From NCBI GenBank assembly GCA_942492955.1, contig OW818644.1:962327-1026326 (forward strand): DNA of 64,000 bases, written 5' to 3'. The translations under genes and the position numbers were made by a program. Positions 63,719-64,000 of this stretch are shown piece by piece (positions within the stretch are counted from its first letter, which is position 1; each line of letters starts with the position of its first letter). The DNA comes from an uncultured Methanomassiliicoccales archaeon. GTDB taxonomy: Archaea > Thermoplasmatota > Thermoplasmata > Methanomassiliicoccales > UBA472. The notes under the pieces were generated by a model. The model was not told where the DNA came from and ran no database searches. It saw nothing but the letters and a program-made list of their open reading frames with translations.

Positions 63719-64000
63719 ATGACAAACGACCCCATAATAAAGAACGTGGATGTCTCCAAGGTCAGCAATGGATGGACATATCTGATATTGGCCGGGTTGC
63801 TCGAGCCGATCTGGGTGGTTTCCATGAAGTACTCCCAGGGTTTCACCGATATCTTGTGGGCGGCAGCCACATTTATCTTCCTGTTCTTCAGCATGTACTT
63901 TCTGGCACTAGCCCTGAAGTCCAAGATACCGGTCGGCACCGCCTACTCCATATGGGTGGGGATTGGCGCCATAGGTGCGCTGGTCGCCGGGATCATTCTT
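63719..64000 (+). CDS. SMR family protein, subunit 2 of a pair (3' end runs off the window)
   Basis: My own translation from ATG 63719: MTNDPIIKNVDVSKVSNGWTYLILAGLLEPIWVVSMKYSQGF... Begins 1 nt after the subunit-1 stop. Confidence 0.8.
   Translation, partial: MTNDPIIKNVDVSKVSNGWTYLILAGLLEPIWVVSMKYSQGFTDILWAAATFIFLFFSMYFLALALKSKIPVGTAYSIWVGIGAIGALVAGIIL

Larger units (their letters stand above)
59143..64000. mobile_element. Probable remnant of a tRNA-Gly-associated integrated element / genomic island (right boundary not in the window)
   Basis: Integrase fragment abutting the tRNA 3' end. The region is visibly more AT-rich than the rest of the window (by eye, not computed). The cargo is accessory-type genes. 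Confidence 0.4.

Overview
The window looks like a high-GC archaeal chromosome segment, probably from a Thermoplasmata/Methanomassiliicoccales-like methanogen. That lineage call is inferred from gene content only: RpoL, diphthine synthase, Trm5, Hef, the archaeal CobY/CbiZ/CobZ/CobT set, Ech-type hydrogenase subunits, a MEDS sensor and an intron-containing tRNA. Gene order, left to right:
- echA-echB hydrogenase membrane subunits.
- A tandem Lrp/AsnC regulator.
- A tightly coupled eight-gene cobalamin salvage and assembly operon (btuF-btuC-btuD-cobD-cbiB-cbiZ/cobZ-cobS-cobY), with a convergent archaeal cobT.
- MEDS-PAS sensor, dcd, trm5, dphB.
- A degenerate FtsZ paralog divergent from a HerA-like ATPase, then a CPA2 antiporter and mre11-rad50.
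- A transglutaminase-like surface protein, parvulin, and an ADP-forming acetyl-CoA synthetase with a DRTGG partner.
- DUF72, CBS and USP genes.
- An OB-HD / DUF45 / DUF429 / DHH hydrolase cluster and an APC-USP permease.
- A fur-cbiMNQ(fused)-cbiO cobalt-uptake operon.
- An FN3 surface protein, GNAT, IscA-like protein, Hef helicase and DNA ligase.
- An orphan glnK, a PAS/GAF histidine kinase, rpoL and truD.
- A 1468-aa TPR protein.
- An intron-bearing tRNA-Gly abutted by a truncated integrase and a more AT-rich cargo region: flavoprotein, TetR, polyferredoxin, homospermidine synthase and a paired SMR exporter.

No CRISPR array, rRNA or intact transposon was seen.

Most noteworthy observations:
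1. A shared promoter/operator module with an identical 19-bp palindrome sits in front of both B12 transcription units. A permuted third copy lies next to the cobalt transporter.
2. An E. coli-like Fur box directly upstream of the fur-cbiMNQ-cbiO operon, whose M, N and Q components are fused into one ORF.
3. rad50 has no canonical start codon upstream of its Walker A motif.
4. A roughly 235-nt candidate structured ncRNA in a 555-bp gene-free gap.
5. An amtB relic upstream of the intact glnK.

Many long ORFs in the supplied track are antisense shadows typical of GC-rich DNA and were not called. All homology statements rest on motif recognition by eye, not on database searches.
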